DNA of 64,000 nucleotides. It comes from an uncultured delta proteobacterium. Its GTDB lineage: Bacteria > Desulfobacterota > Binatia > UBA9968. Each line of letters starts with the position of its first letter. The stretch's first letter is position 1. Under the pieces are notes generated by a model. That model searched no databases. It worked only from the letters and a program-made list of their open reading frames with translations, and was not told the DNA's origin. Below, piece by piece: positions 1 through 10,382 of this stretch. Where the stretch lies: NCBI GenBank assembly GCA_963804165.1, contig CAWDPO010000003.1, forward strand, positions 32,001-96,000. The letters run 5' to 3'. A program made the translations under genes and the position numbers.

Positions 1-2221
1 AAACCCCCGCGTCGACGTGTCTCCCGGCGCTCCAGTGGCGATCTTCTACACGTCGGGGTCCACGGGGCAGCCGAAAGGAGTCGTCCAGAATCATCGGAGT
101 GTGCTGCACCGCGTTATGGTCGATACCAACAACTTTCACATCAGCCGCGAGGATCGATTGTCCCTTCTCAGTTCTCCCAGCTATAGCGTTTCGTTGCGCA
201 ATTTATTTGGCGGATTGCTTAATGGAGCCACTGTTTGTCCCTTCGATGCCTCCGGCGACGGTTTGCGCCAGCTGAAATCATGGTTGATTCGGGAATCCAT
301 CACTGTCTACTTTTCGGTTCCCACGGTTTTCCGTCAATTTGTCGAGAATATTCGTGAGAATACCGAGTTCAGTTCCCTCAGGCTGATCTACTTAGCCGGA
401 GAATCTTTGACGAAGGAGGATGTGAATCTTTATAAAAAGTATTTTCCTGAAGCGATTCTGGTAAACTCACTGGCTTCGAACGAAGCGGGAATATTCCGGC
501 AATACTTCATGGATAAGAATACAGTGATATCCGAAGGCCGCATTCCAGCCGGATACGCGGTGGAGGGGAAGGAAATCATTGTCATAAGCGAAAATGGTGA
601 GCAGGTCGGGACGGGCGACGTCGGTGAAATCTGCGTTCGGAGTCGTTATCTCTCACCGGGATACTGGAGAAACCCCGATGTGACCAAGGTCGTTTTCGAG
701 CCCGATCCGGACGACCCGGATATGCGACTCTATCATACGGGAGACGTCGGTTACTTCTGCGAAAATGATTGTCTGATCCATCTTGGCCGCAAAGGCTCGC
801 GCGTGAAAATCCGCGGTTCGCGAGTTGAACTGGAAGAGGTCGAAGCCGCGCTGCGTCAGGTTCCCGCTGTTCGGGACGTTGTCGTTGATACGTTGAAAGG
901 GGATTTCGAAGCGGATCGGTTGGTTGCATATATCGTCTCGGTTCAAGGTCAAGCGCCGACCATCACGGAATTGCGTGATGAACTTAAGCGGAAGCTGCCG
1001 CCTTACATGATTCCATCCAGTTTTGTGTTTCTCGGCAGCCTTCCGCTCACGCCCAACGGAAAGATTGACCGTCAAGCGCTTCCTAAACCGGACAGCTCCC
1101 GTCCTGAGCTCAAAGCTCGATATGTTCCTCCAAGAACGGCCGACGAGGAGCAGCTCGTCGAGATTTGGTCCAAGGTTTTGTCAATCGATCCAGTAGGCGT
1201 GCAAGATAATTTTTTCGATCTGGGGGGAAATTCCTTATTTGCTACGGTTTTGGTGGGGCAAATCAACCGGGCGCTTGGAGCGAATTTGACGATATCTAGT
1301 TTCTATCAGGCGCCGACGGTAGAGCAGCTGGTGAAAGTTTTGAGTCAGGAATTGGCGACGTTCTCGTGGAGCTCGTTATTTCCTCTCCAGCTTCATGGCG
1401 TCAAAGATCCCTTTTTCTGGATTCACGGCCAGGCAAGCGACGGTGTTTTGCCGGGGTATCTCGGGGCGGATCAGCCCGTCTACGGGATGACCCATCAAAG
1501 CTCAGATGGAAGGCCGGCGCCCCATACGACGGTCGAAGCGATCGCGGCGCACTATCTCGATGAAATTCGTTCGGTACGGCCGCGGGGCCCTTATTTGCTG
1601 GGCGGTTACTGTTTCGGAGGCATCGTCGCCTATGAGATGGCCCAGCAGTTAACAAAACAAAAAGAAGTTACCTCGCTGGTCGTTCTGTTGGATCCTCCGG
1701 TGTTGAATAATTACCATGCGGGGTCCATCGACTCCCAAGCAAGTGGAGGGTGGATTCGAGCTGCTTTGAGTCGACAACTCAAAGTTCTCCAATCCAAAGA
1801 CAGAGAAGGTTTGCCGGTCAGAGCGAAGCGTGCCATCGAGCAATTCGCCACCTCGATAAAAAAACAGGCTGTAAGAATCGGCGGGAAAGTCATCATCAGA
1901 TCGTCTTTAACGTTCGGTTATCCTATCCCTCTCAAACTGCGTGGTCCGTACATACTGGAGGTTTATAGCCGCGCCATAGCGCAGTACTCTCCGAGCAAAT
2001 ATTCCGGTCGAGTGGTCCTCTTTAAGGCGGCCGACGACGATCGGGATACCCGGCACTGGGCACATCTTGCCCCGAAGGCTTTGGAGCAGCATGTCATCCC
2101 CGGTAACCACGACGACATCCTAAAGGATCCGTACGTAAAGACTTGGGCGGAAAAATTAAGGAGCTATCTCGACGAGAAATCGCCCGCCGGATCCGAAGTA
2201 GAGCCCCTGAACTTCAGCTGA
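1..2221 (+). CDS. NRPS-like protein, A-T(PCP)-TE C-terminal part (5' end probably outside window)
   Basis: A3 YTSGSTGQPKG, A7 YHTGD, A8 GRKGSRVKIRGSRVELEEVE, A10 NGKIDR; PCP FFDLGGNSL; TE GYCFGG and GNHDDI. Confidence 0.9.
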   Translation, partial: NPRVDVSPGAPVAIFYTSGSTGQPKGVVQNHRSVLHRVMVDTNNFHISREDRLSLLSSPSYSVSLRNLFGGLLNGATVCPFDASGDGLRQLKSWLIRESITVYFSVPTVFRQFVENIRENTEFSSLRLIYLAGESLTKEDVNLYKKYFPEAILVNSLASNEAGIFRQYFMDKNTVISEGRIPAGYAVEGKEIIVISENGEQVGTGDVGEICVRSRYLSPGYWRNPDVTKVVFEPDPDDPDMRLYHTGDVGYFCENDCLIHLGRKGSRVKIRGSRVELEEVEAALRQVPAVRDVVVDTLKGDFEADRLVAYIVSVQGQAPTITELRDELKRKLPPYMIPSSFVFLGSLPLTPNGKIDRQALPKPDSSRPELKARYVPPRTADEEQLVEIWSKVLSIDPVGVQDNFFDLGGNSLFATVLVGQINRALGANLTISSFYQAPTVEQLVKVLSQELATFSWSSLFPLQLHGVKDPFFWIHGQASDGVLPGYLGADQPVYGMTHQSSDGRPAPHTTVEAIAAHYLDEIRSVRPRGPYLLGGYCFGGIVAYEMAQQLTKQKEVTSLVVLLDPPVLNNYHAGSIDSQASGGWIRAALSRQLKVLQSKDREGLPVRAKRAIEQFATSIKKQAVRIGGKVIIRSSLTFGYPIPLKLRGPYILEVYSRAIAQYSPSKYSGRVVLFKAADDDRDTRHWAHLAPKALEQHVIPGNHDDILKDPYVKTWAEKLRSYLDEKSPAGSEVEPLNFS

Positions 2222-2384
2222 TTCGCGGGCGGGCAGGGATTGTTTTTTGTGGGGGGGACGTCTTCATCTATGCCTTTCATGAAAATTTGACTTACACTTT
2301 GGGGTATGAACAAGTAAGCCCAAGTAGATTTAATGTCTCTATCGGGATGGTTGAAATCCCTCGCCTTCAGGCGAAGTGAAAGTT

Positions 2385-2471
2385 CGTCATGCCGGCGAAC
2401 GCCGGCATCCAGGTTCGTTTTGCGGTTCAAGTTCCAGAACCGTCTGGATTCCGGCTTCCGCCGGAATGACG
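2385..2471. repeat. REP-like palindrome (CGTCATGCCGGCGAACGCCGGCATCCAG...CTGGATTCCGGCTTCCGCCGGAATGACG)
   Basis: Imperfect inverted repeat read directly in an intergenic region. Confidence 0.75.
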
Positions 2472-2716
2472 GGAACACGAGTCGACTTCCAGTCGACAAA
2501 TTCAGAACTCCTCGGCTTGGAGCCGAAAGGGTCGTTCAGTTTGTTTTCGGAGAAATGGAAATTGCGCCGGAGTGACCGGATGAGTATCGAGGTCGGAATC
2601 GAGTAATTCCGCTCGTGATCAGACTCTCAATCCATGAACGGTAATGCGCCACGTCCCGAAATGCGTCAGCCGGCAGCATGGCAAAGACCGACGCGCAATG
2701 GCTACGGAGGGTATTG

Positions 2717-3502
2717 ATGTCCGACAAAAACCAATCCTACGATATGTTGCTGAAGCTGGTGAAGACACGCCATAGCGTACGCAAATTCAAGCCTGATCCG
2801 ATTCCCGACGACACCATCGAAAAAATCCTGGAAGTCGCGCGCTGGGCGATGTCCGGCGCGAACTCGCAGCCTTGGGAGTTCATCGTTGTGACCGATCCGA
2901 AAATAAAGAAAGAGCTGCGCGATGCTTATTCAGAATACAATACGGACTTGATTTTTTGGATGGAGCAGCAGCGCGAGTACAGCCTGCGCCACCCCTCCTA
3001 TCAGGTCAAAAATGATCCGCACGAATCGCTCCGCTTCAACAAGGCGAAGGCGAATTGGCACGAAGCGCCGGCGGTGATCGTCGTGTTGGGCGATGGCCGG
3101 CGGCAATGGGGCACGGTCATGGGGGCGCATACTTTCGGCCGCGATCAGTCGCACTTGACCGACGGCCTGGCCAACGCTTGCTTCTTGCTGCATCTCGCGA
3201 TCGCCTCACTCGGGCTCACCTCGGAGTGGGTCTCCATCCATATCGAAGAGCCGCACAAGCGGATTCTCGGTGTGCCTGACCTGCTGAAACTTTACTTGAT
3301 CATTCCCATCGGCTACCCCGATGTTTCGAGCCGCGGCGACGGCGTGCGCCGGCCGCTAAAAGATATTGTTCACCGCGACCGTTACGATATGAGTAAGTAC
3401 ATGTCCAACGAAGATGTGATCAAGTATCTCTATTCGCTGCGCGAGGCGACCGTTCCGATCCATTCCGCGTCACGCTCGGTGATCGCGGACGACAAAAAAT
3501 AG
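2717..3502 (+). CDS. Nitroreductase family flavoprotein (paralogue 1)
   Basis: RHSVRKF and AMSGANSQPWEF motifs, C-terminal IPIGYP; GGAGG RBS before ATG 2717. Confidence 0.85.
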   Translation: MSDKNQSYDMLLKLVKTRHSVRKFKPDPIPDDTIEKILEVARWAMSGANSQPWEFIVVTDPKIKKELRDAYSEYNTDLIFWMEQQREYSLRHPSYQVKNDPHESLRFNKAKANWHEAPAVIVVLGDGRRQWGTVMGAHTFGRDQSHLTDGLANACFLLHLAIASLGLTSEWVSIHIEEPHKRILGVPDLLKLYLIIPIGYPDVSSRGDGVRRPLKDIVHRDRYDMSKYMSNEDVIKYLYSLREATVPIHSASRSVIADDKK

Positions 3503-3690
3503 ATGTCACTCTTCGCCCAAATCTCCTCTGATCCCTCCCTTCGACTACGCTCAGGGCATGCTTTTTCAAAGAGGAGAAACTTGTCTGTCAAGATCGCATC
3601 TCCCTTTAACATTAACAAAGGGAGATCAAGGGGGGATTTGCCAACGAGCAAAACTCTAGGACCATTTCTAGCAACTTGGACAGCATTGAT

Positions 3691-5352
3691 ATGTCTCTAG
3701 CGTCCGTCCATCCGATCACCGTCGAAGTCGTGCGTAACGGTCTGGCGCATATCGCCAACGAGATGGCCACCGTGCTGCGCAAGACTTCCTATAACATGAT
3801 GATTTACGAGGTGCGCGACTACTGCGTCGGCATCGTGGACCCGCAAGGAAATATTCTCTCGCAAAACTTCGGCGCGCTGCCGATCTTTCTCGCCGATCTC
3901 GGTCCCGCCATCGTCGACGGCGTGCGCATGCACGGCCGGGACGGCTTCAAACCCGGCGACGTACTGCTCATGAATCACCCGTACGTTTGCGGCCAGCATT
4001 TAAATAATGTCGTGGTCTACACGCCGTTCTTTCACGACGGCGAGCTGGTGGCGTTTCTCGCGGTGCGCGCGCACTGGATCGACATCGGTGGTACACGCGT
4101 CGGATTTGGTTTCAGCGGCACACGGGAGGTTTACGAAGAGGGCCTGCAGTTTCGCTCGCTGAAGCTATATCGCGGCGACCAGCCGAACCAGGATATTTTT
4201 CAGATCATCACCGACAACGTGCGCTTTGCCGAATCTTGTCTCGGCGATCTGCGCGCCCAGATCGCGGCTTGCCGTATCGGCGACCGCGGTCTGGGCGCGC
4301 TGGTGCAGCGTTACGGATTGGAAACCTTCCTGCGCTGTGTACGAACGATCTGGTATCAGTCGGAGGCGCTGGCGCGGGAACGTCTCGCGCGGATCAAGCC
4401 GGGGAAGTACGAAGCCGAAGCGCTGTTCGACAGCGATGGGGTTGATTTGAATCGGGCGGTACCGCTCAAGGTGAAAGTCGAAGTCTCCGACGGCGAGATG
4501 AGCATCGATTTTTCCGAGATCAGCGAGCAGGTGCCGGGGTCGATCAATTCAGGAGAATCCGGCGCGGTGGCGGCGGCGCGCGTTGCGTTTAAATCGCTCG
4601 TGGCGCCATATTCGCCGATCGACGAGGGCTGCTTTCGCCCGCTGAAAATAGTCATTCCACCTGGAAAAATACTGAGCGCCACGCCGCCCGCGCCGGTCGG
4701 CAACTGGAGCCGTACCTTGCCGACGGTGATCGACCTGATTCTCAAAGCCTTGGCTCCGGCGATGCCGGATAAAATCGCCGCGGGTCACAAAGGCGACATG
4801 GGCGGCTACGCATTTTTCGGCACCGATCCCAAGACGGGAAGACGATTCCTCTGCCAGACGATCATGGGTGGCGGTTGGGGCGGGCGCGCTCATGAAGACG
4901 GTGAGAACGCCACCGTATCGATGTGCCAGGGCGACGTGCAAAACGCGCCGGTGGAATTGCAAGAGATCTACTATCCCGTGCTCATTGAACAGCAGCGCTT
5001 ACGCGAAGGCAGCGGCGGCGCTGGGAAATTTCGCGGTGGCTTGGGGATCGAGATCACCGTGCGCGTGTTGTGCGACGCGTTCACGAACATCAACGTCGAG
5101 CGCCAGCGCGCCGCGCCGTGGGGGTTGTTCGACGGCGAAGACGGCGCGACGGCAAAGGCGCTGGTCAAGCAGTCGCCTGAAGATCCGGGAACATGGCTGA
5201 CCAAGAAGCCGAACTATCCGCTGAAGAAAGACGGCAGCGTTACGTTTTTTACCGCCGGCGGCGGCGGTTATGGCGTGGTGAAAGAGCGGGCGTGCGAGCT
5301 CATTGAACGGGACCGCAGGCTGGGTTACGTTTCGGAAACAGATAGGGGCTAA
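3691..5352 (+). CDS. Hydantoinase B/5-oxoprolinase family subunit (paralogue 1)
   Basis: NHPY..GQHLNN, AHWIDIGG, EEGL, SGGAGKFRGGLG, TAGGGGYG. Confidence 0.9.
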   Translation: MSLASVHPITVEVVRNGLAHIANEMATVLRKTSYNMMIYEVRDYCVGIVDPQGNILSQNFGALPIFLADLGPAIVDGVRMHGRDGFKPGDVLLMNHPYVCGQHLNNVVVYTPFFHDGELVAFLAVRAHWIDIGGTRVGFGFSGTREVYEEGLQFRSLKLYRGDQPNQDIFQIITDNVRFAESCLGDLRAQIAACRIGDRGLGALVQRYGLETFLRCVRTIWYQSEALARERLARIKPGKYEAEALFDSDGVDLNRAVPLKVKVEVSDGEMSIDFSEISEQVPGSINSGESGAVAAARVAFKSLVAPYSPIDEGCFRPLKIVIPPGKILSATPPAPVGNWSRTLPTVIDLILKALAPAMPDKIAAGHKGDMGGYAFFGTDPKTGRRFLCQTIMGGGWGGRAHEDGENATVSMCQGDVQNAPVELQEIYYPVLIEQQRLREGSGGAGKFRGGLGIEITVRVLCDAFTNINVERQRAAPWGLFDGEDGATAKALVKQSPEDPGTWLTKKPNYPLKKDGSVTFFTAGGGGYGVVKERACELIERDRRLGYVSETDRG

Positions 5353-5435
5353 AGGTTTTTGGGCGGCGCAGCCTGTAAACGAGAGAAATAGTTTTTCACC
5401 ACAGCCTCTGCACAAGGAAGAGACCGCGTCACTGA

Positions 5436-5514
5436 GTCATCCTGAGCCGATAGGCGGATCTCGCCTTCATACGTGATGGAAGATACGAGATGCTTCGCTG
5501 CGCTCAGCATGACA
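5436..5514. repeat. REP-like palindrome GTCATCCTGAG...GATCTC...GAGATGCTTCG...CTCAGCATGAC
   Basis: Inverted repeat; near-identical copy at 17474-17556 and a half copy near 26900. Confidence 0.75.
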
Positions 5515-5619
5515 CCTATGGGTTTATGTCTCATTGTAGTACGTGGCGGGAAGGATTCTCGGTTGGGCTCGAATTAAAACCGCTGACAGCGGAGCTTAGG
5601 CGCCCGCAGAAGAGTCGAG

Positions 5620-6723
5620 GTGATTATGGACGGTAAGCAAGAATTCGAAAGACGGATAGTTCGTGTGCGCGAAGCCATGCGCGACAAAGGCTTGCAAGCT
5701 TTGCTGGTTTACGATTCAGGGCGGCATAATTTTTTGCGCATGAATTATGTCGCTTATCTGACGGACTTTATCAGCGTCGGACCGGAAACGCTGGTCGTCC
5801 TTCCTTTGGAAGATGCGCCGGTGCTCTATCTCTCGCCCGTTTGGGATATACCGCGGGCGCAGGAAGAATCATGGGTGTCCGACGTTCGTCCGTTCAACCA
5901 GCTCTGGTCGCGGCTGCCGAATCTGACGGGCAAAACCGGACTCATCGGCCGGGAAGCGATGCACGTCAATTTGCACGACGAAATTACCAAATCCCTCGGA
6001 CAAACTCCGGTCAACGCCAAGGACATCATCGAGAACATGGCACGCTGCAAAAGCGATTTCGAACTCGCTCGGCTGCGGCGCGCGGCTGGGATCGCCGACG
6101 CCGGTGTTACGGCGCTTCACGAAGACGCGCATCCGGGCTTGAGAGAGTACGAACTCGCCGCGATCGTCGAATACCGCATGCGCTCGCTCGGCGCCGAGGA
6201 CAATTTCGGCATGGTCGTTGCCAACCATCATAACCAGGCGCTTCATCCCGCAACCGACCGGATCGTGCAATCGGGCGATATCATCATCGGCGAGATCACG
6301 CCGTGCATCGGTGGATTGTTCGTACAAATCTGCCGGACGATGGTGCTGGGCGAGCCGGCGCCGGCGGTCCACGAAAAATACGCCATTCTCAAAAAGGGAA
6401 TGCGACTTGGCATGGATTCGGCGAAAACCGGCGCGCCGGCGAGCGAAGTCGCCGCGGCGATCAACGGCACATTCATCGAGTCAGGCTACGAAAAATATTG
6501 CCGGCCGCCGTTCATGCGCGTGCGCGGTCATGGCCTCGGCTGCGGTTCGTTCGCGCCCGGAAGCTTGGAAGACGGCAACCAGACTAAACTCGAAGAGGGC
6601 ATGACGTTCATCATTCACCCCAATCAGTATCTTCCGGAGACCGGCTATTTAACCCTGGGTGACACGGTAGTGATGACGAAAACGAAAGCGGAATCGCTGA
6701 TGAATTCGTCATGGGATATCTAA
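5620..6723 (+). CDS. M24 (Xaa-Pro peptidase/creatinase fold) protein with non-canonical metal ligands
   Basis: Creatinase-N-like N-terminus, KSDFEL, ICRT, GHGLG, EEGMTF. Confidence 0.8.
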   Translation: MIMDGKQEFERRIVRVREAMRDKGLQALLVYDSGRHNFLRMNYVAYLTDFISVGPETLVVLPLEDAPVLYLSPVWDIPRAQEESWVSDVRPFNQLWSRLPNLTGKTGLIGREAMHVNLHDEITKSLGQTPVNAKDIIENMARCKSDFELARLRRAAGIADAGVTALHEDAHPGLREYELAAIVEYRMRSLGAEDNFGMVVANHHNQALHPATDRIVQSGDIIIGEITPCIGGLFVQICRTMVLGEPAPAVHEKYAILKKGMRLGMDSAKTGAPASEVAAAINGTFIESGYEKYCRPPFMRVRGHGLGCGSFAPGSLEDGNQTKLEEGMTFIIHPNQYLPETGYLTLGDTVVMTKTKAESLMNSSWDI

Positions 6724-6740
6724 TTAAAGATTGAGACGTT

Positions 6741-6830
6741 ATGAATTTAACAGCTGGAACGATTGGAACGGCTGAAACCACTGGAACTTTTTTGTTCCAA
6801 ACGTTCCACTAATTCCAAACGTTTCAAAAG
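6741..6830. repeat. Short-unit (TGGAAC/GTTCCA) imperfect hairpin array
   Basis: ctggaacgattggaacggctgaaaccactggaact followed by gttccaaacgttccactaattccaaacgtttcaaa. Confidence 0.55.
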
Positions 6831-6855
6831 GTTTCGGGCGCAGCAAGGTGATTAT

Positions 6856-8017
6856 ATGATATTTGGTCGCCATTCCGTTCTGAAAAGAGGTTGTTCTACT
6901 TGGGACCCCGAGCAAGTGCCGCAAGCGGAGTTTCAGGTGCGTCTCGACGCCGTGCGCAAGGAGATGGCGCGGCGCGAATTCGACGCGCTGGTGATTTACG
7001 GCGACAATTATTCGTTCGCGGATCTTTGTTATCTTACCAATTATTTTCCCAAAGTGCGCGGCGGCATCGCGGTGGTGCCGCGCGGCGGCGCGATTTCGCT
7101 TCTGCTCAATATTGGTAGCCGCGACGTGCCGTTCGCGAAGACGTTGACTTGGGTCGAGGACGTGCGCGCGTCGAACCAAGTCGGCGCCGACGGCGCGAAA
7201 CTGCTCAAAGAAAAGGGATTGGAGAAAGCGACGATCGGCCTAATGGATTCCGGCCTCGGTTTTCCGCTGCCGCAGTTGGAAGAAATGAAGGGCGCGTTGC
7301 CGAACGTGAACTGGCAAGCTTGCGATGCGATGATCGTGCCGCAGCGTTTGGTAAAGACTGTGCGGGAGCTCGACGCGATGCGGGAAGCGGGCCGGTTGCT
7401 GCACGAGATCTGCAAAGAAGCGGAGAAATTCATCAAACCCGGAAGAAAAGAATACGAGATTGTCGCCGACATCGATCGGCTCGCGCGCGACAAGGGCGCC
7501 GAGGATATTCGTATTCTCGCAGGCGAACGGCGCTTGAATCCGCCGAGCTTCAAGCAGTCGGCAAATCTTGGCAATCACTGGGCGGTTTACTTGGCGGTGC
7601 AGCACGAACGTTATTGGGCCGAGGCGGGCCGGACTTTTATTTTGTCGGGGGATACGAAGCTGCAAGACGCCTACGGGAAAGCGCAAGAGCTCGTTGCTCA
7701 GATGGCGGGACAGCTCAAACCCGGCGGCGTGGTGGCGGCGATCGATGTGACCGCGCGCCGCGCGCTCGGAGAGTTCTACGCCACCGCATCGATCTACGGC
7801 CTCGCCAACGGCATCGGTCTCAATCAATGGGAAGCGCCGTTTTTGAATGAAAACGACGCCCGTCAAGTCGGTGCCGCGTCGGTGGGCGCGACGATTTTGA
7901 ACGAGAACATGACGCTGGCGCTGCGCGTGACGTTTGAGTCCGAAGGGAAGATTGATTTTGTTCGGCGACAGTTTCCAAGTGACGGCTAGCGGGGCGCGGT
8001 CGTTGCTCAGTGATTAA
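6856..8017 (+). CDS. Second M24/creatinase-fold protein, degenerate active site; frameshift near 7950
   Basis: KTVRELDAMR, GRKEYEI, AGRT, NGIGL. The other frame continues LILFGDSFQVTASGARSLLSD* to 8017. Confidence 0.7.
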
Positions 8018-8050
8018 ATGTCAGGTTCATCGGCGGGGTTCCTTCCGATT

Positions 8051-8150
8051 CCTTCCCCCTCGATGGGGGAAGGTCAGGATGGGGGTGCTGCGCACATCAT
8101 TGCAATGGTTGGGCACCCCCACTCTAACTCTCCCCCGTCGAGGGGGAGAG
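8051..8150. repeat. Palindromic repeat CCTTCCCCCTCGATGGGGGAAGG...CACCCC...CTCTCCCCC..GGGGGAGAG
   Basis: Nested hairpins; related copies at about 11784-11868 and 57555-57605. Confidence 0.65.
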
Positions 8151-8235
8151 AATTAGAGGGATGTTCGGAAACTATCAGCGCATACGTTCGTGAAAACGGG
8201 AAGGGTAGTTTAGTTAGAGAGAATCGAAAGCCCTC

Positions 8236-10271
8236 GTGAGAATTGCGGTCGATATAGGCGGAACATTTACCGACTTGGTGGCGGTCGACGACGACGGGGA
8301 AGTGTTTCGCAGCAAATCGTTGACGACTCCGGACGATTTGGCGCGAGGCATCAACGATTGCTTGCGCGGGGCGAACGTCGACGTCGCCGGCGCGAATTCT
8401 TCGTGCACGGTTCCACGGTGACGATCAACGCCGTGATCGAGCGCAAGGGCGCGCGCACGGGATTGATCACGACCAAAGGCTTTCGCGACGTGTACGAGAT
8501 CGGCCGCGGCAATCGGCCGGAGGGCTACAATCTTTTTTTTAAGCGACCGGTTCCGTTGGTGCCGCGCGATCTGCGCCTGGAAGTAGACGAGCGGCTCTAC
8601 GCGACCGGAGAGGTGCTCAGACCGCTCGACGAAAAATCCGCGACAGCGACGATCAACGCGCTCAAGGCGGCGAGCGTGGAAAGCGTCGCGGTTTGCTTGC
8701 TGCACGCGTACGCGAATGCCGCTCATGAACAGCGCCTTGGCGAGCTTCTGCGCCAGCAGTTTCCAGCGGCCTACGTTTCGTTGTCGCATGAAATCCTGCG
8801 CGAGTTCCGCGAGTATGAGCGGACGTCGACGACGGCCTTGAACTCCTACGTCGGGCCGCTCGTCAGCCGCTATCTTGTCTCATTGGAAAAGATGCTTGGC
8901 GATGCCGGTTTCCGCGGCACGTTTCGGGTCATGCAATCCAACGGCGGCGTGATGTCGGCGGAGACGGCGAAGAAAATGCCGGTGACGATGATGGAGTCCG
9001 GGCCCGTAGCGGGGGTGATCGCGGCGGCGCATCTCGGCGAATCGCTCGACTGCCGACATATTATTTCTTTCGACATGGGCGGCACGACGGCGAAATCGAG
9101 TTTGATCAAAGATTTTCACCCCGAAGTCACGAGCAGCTATTACGTTGGCGGTTACGTTTCCGGCCATCCGATGATGTTGCCGGTGGTCGATATCGTCGAG
9201 GTGGGCAACGGCGGCGGCAGCATCGCATGGATCGATGCCGCCGGCGGACTCAAAGTCGGACCGCAGAGCGCCGGCGCCGAACCGGGGCCGGCGTGCTACG
9301 GCAAAGGCGGCACCGAGCCGACAGTGACCGATGCCAATCTCATCGCCGGACGCATCGATCCGGAATATTTTCTCGGCAGCGGCATCCGCTTGCAGCGCGA
9401 CAAAGCCGCGGAGGCGATAACGGAAAAAATCGGTAAACCCCTCGGTTTGTGTCTCGATGAAGCCGCGCTGGGAATATTGACGATCGCCAACTTCAACATG
9501 TCGCTGTCCGTTCGCGCGGTGTCGGTCGAAAAGGGCTACGATCCGCGCGACTGCGCGCTGGTGCCGAGCGGCGGCGGCGGCGCGCTGCACGCGATAGCGA
9601 TCGCACGCGAACTGTCCGTGCCGCGGGTGATCATTCCTCCTATGCCCGCCCATTTTTCCGCGCTCGGCATGTTGATAGCGGACTTGAAGCACGACTACGT
9701 GCAAACTTTCGTGCGCGAGTTGGCGGAAACAACCGGCGCGCAGATCGCCGATGCTTTCGCCGCGTTGGAAAAATCGGCGACCGATACGCTGCGCGAGGAA
9801 GGCGCCCAGGCGGAGCAGATCCTGCTGCGCCGTTTTCTCGACATGCGCTATCGCGGTCAGGAATACACCTTGCCGGTTCCGGTGACGGAGGACTTGCGCA
9901 CGCTGAACGATTTCAGCGCGATTCGCGCGCGCTTCGATCAGCTCCATCAAGAACATTACGGTCATTCGGCACCCAAGGAGCCGGTGATGATGGTGAATCT
10001 CCGTCTTTCAGCACTCGCCAGATTGGAGAATAAATTGCCGCTGTCTTCTGCATCGCGCAGCGAGGATCGCGGCGAGCGCGGGCGGCGGCCGGTGATTTTC
10101 GAGAGCAAACCGGTGGATTGTCCGATCTATCTGCGTAGCGGATTCAAAAAAGACGACCGTCTCGACGGGCCGGCGGTGATCGAAGAGGTCGGCGCGACGA
10201 TACTTGTCTACCCCGGCGATAAAATGCAGGTGAACGAGTTCGGCCACCTGGTGATCGACGTGGCGGATTGA
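8236..10271 (+). CDS. Hydantoinase A/5-oxoprolinase ATP-binding subunit; frameshift near 8400
   Basis: DIGGTFTD in ORF 8236; HGST, ESGP, DMGGTT and GPQSAGAEPGP in ORF 8358-10271. Confidence 0.88.
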
Positions 10272-10382
10272 ATTTCGTCGTCCGAATTACCCTTGGTAGG
10301 GGCAGGCCCCGTGCCTGCCGTCGTCAAAGGGCAACCACAGGGGGTTGCCCCTACGTTGAATCCAAACCCTATTGAAAAACCG

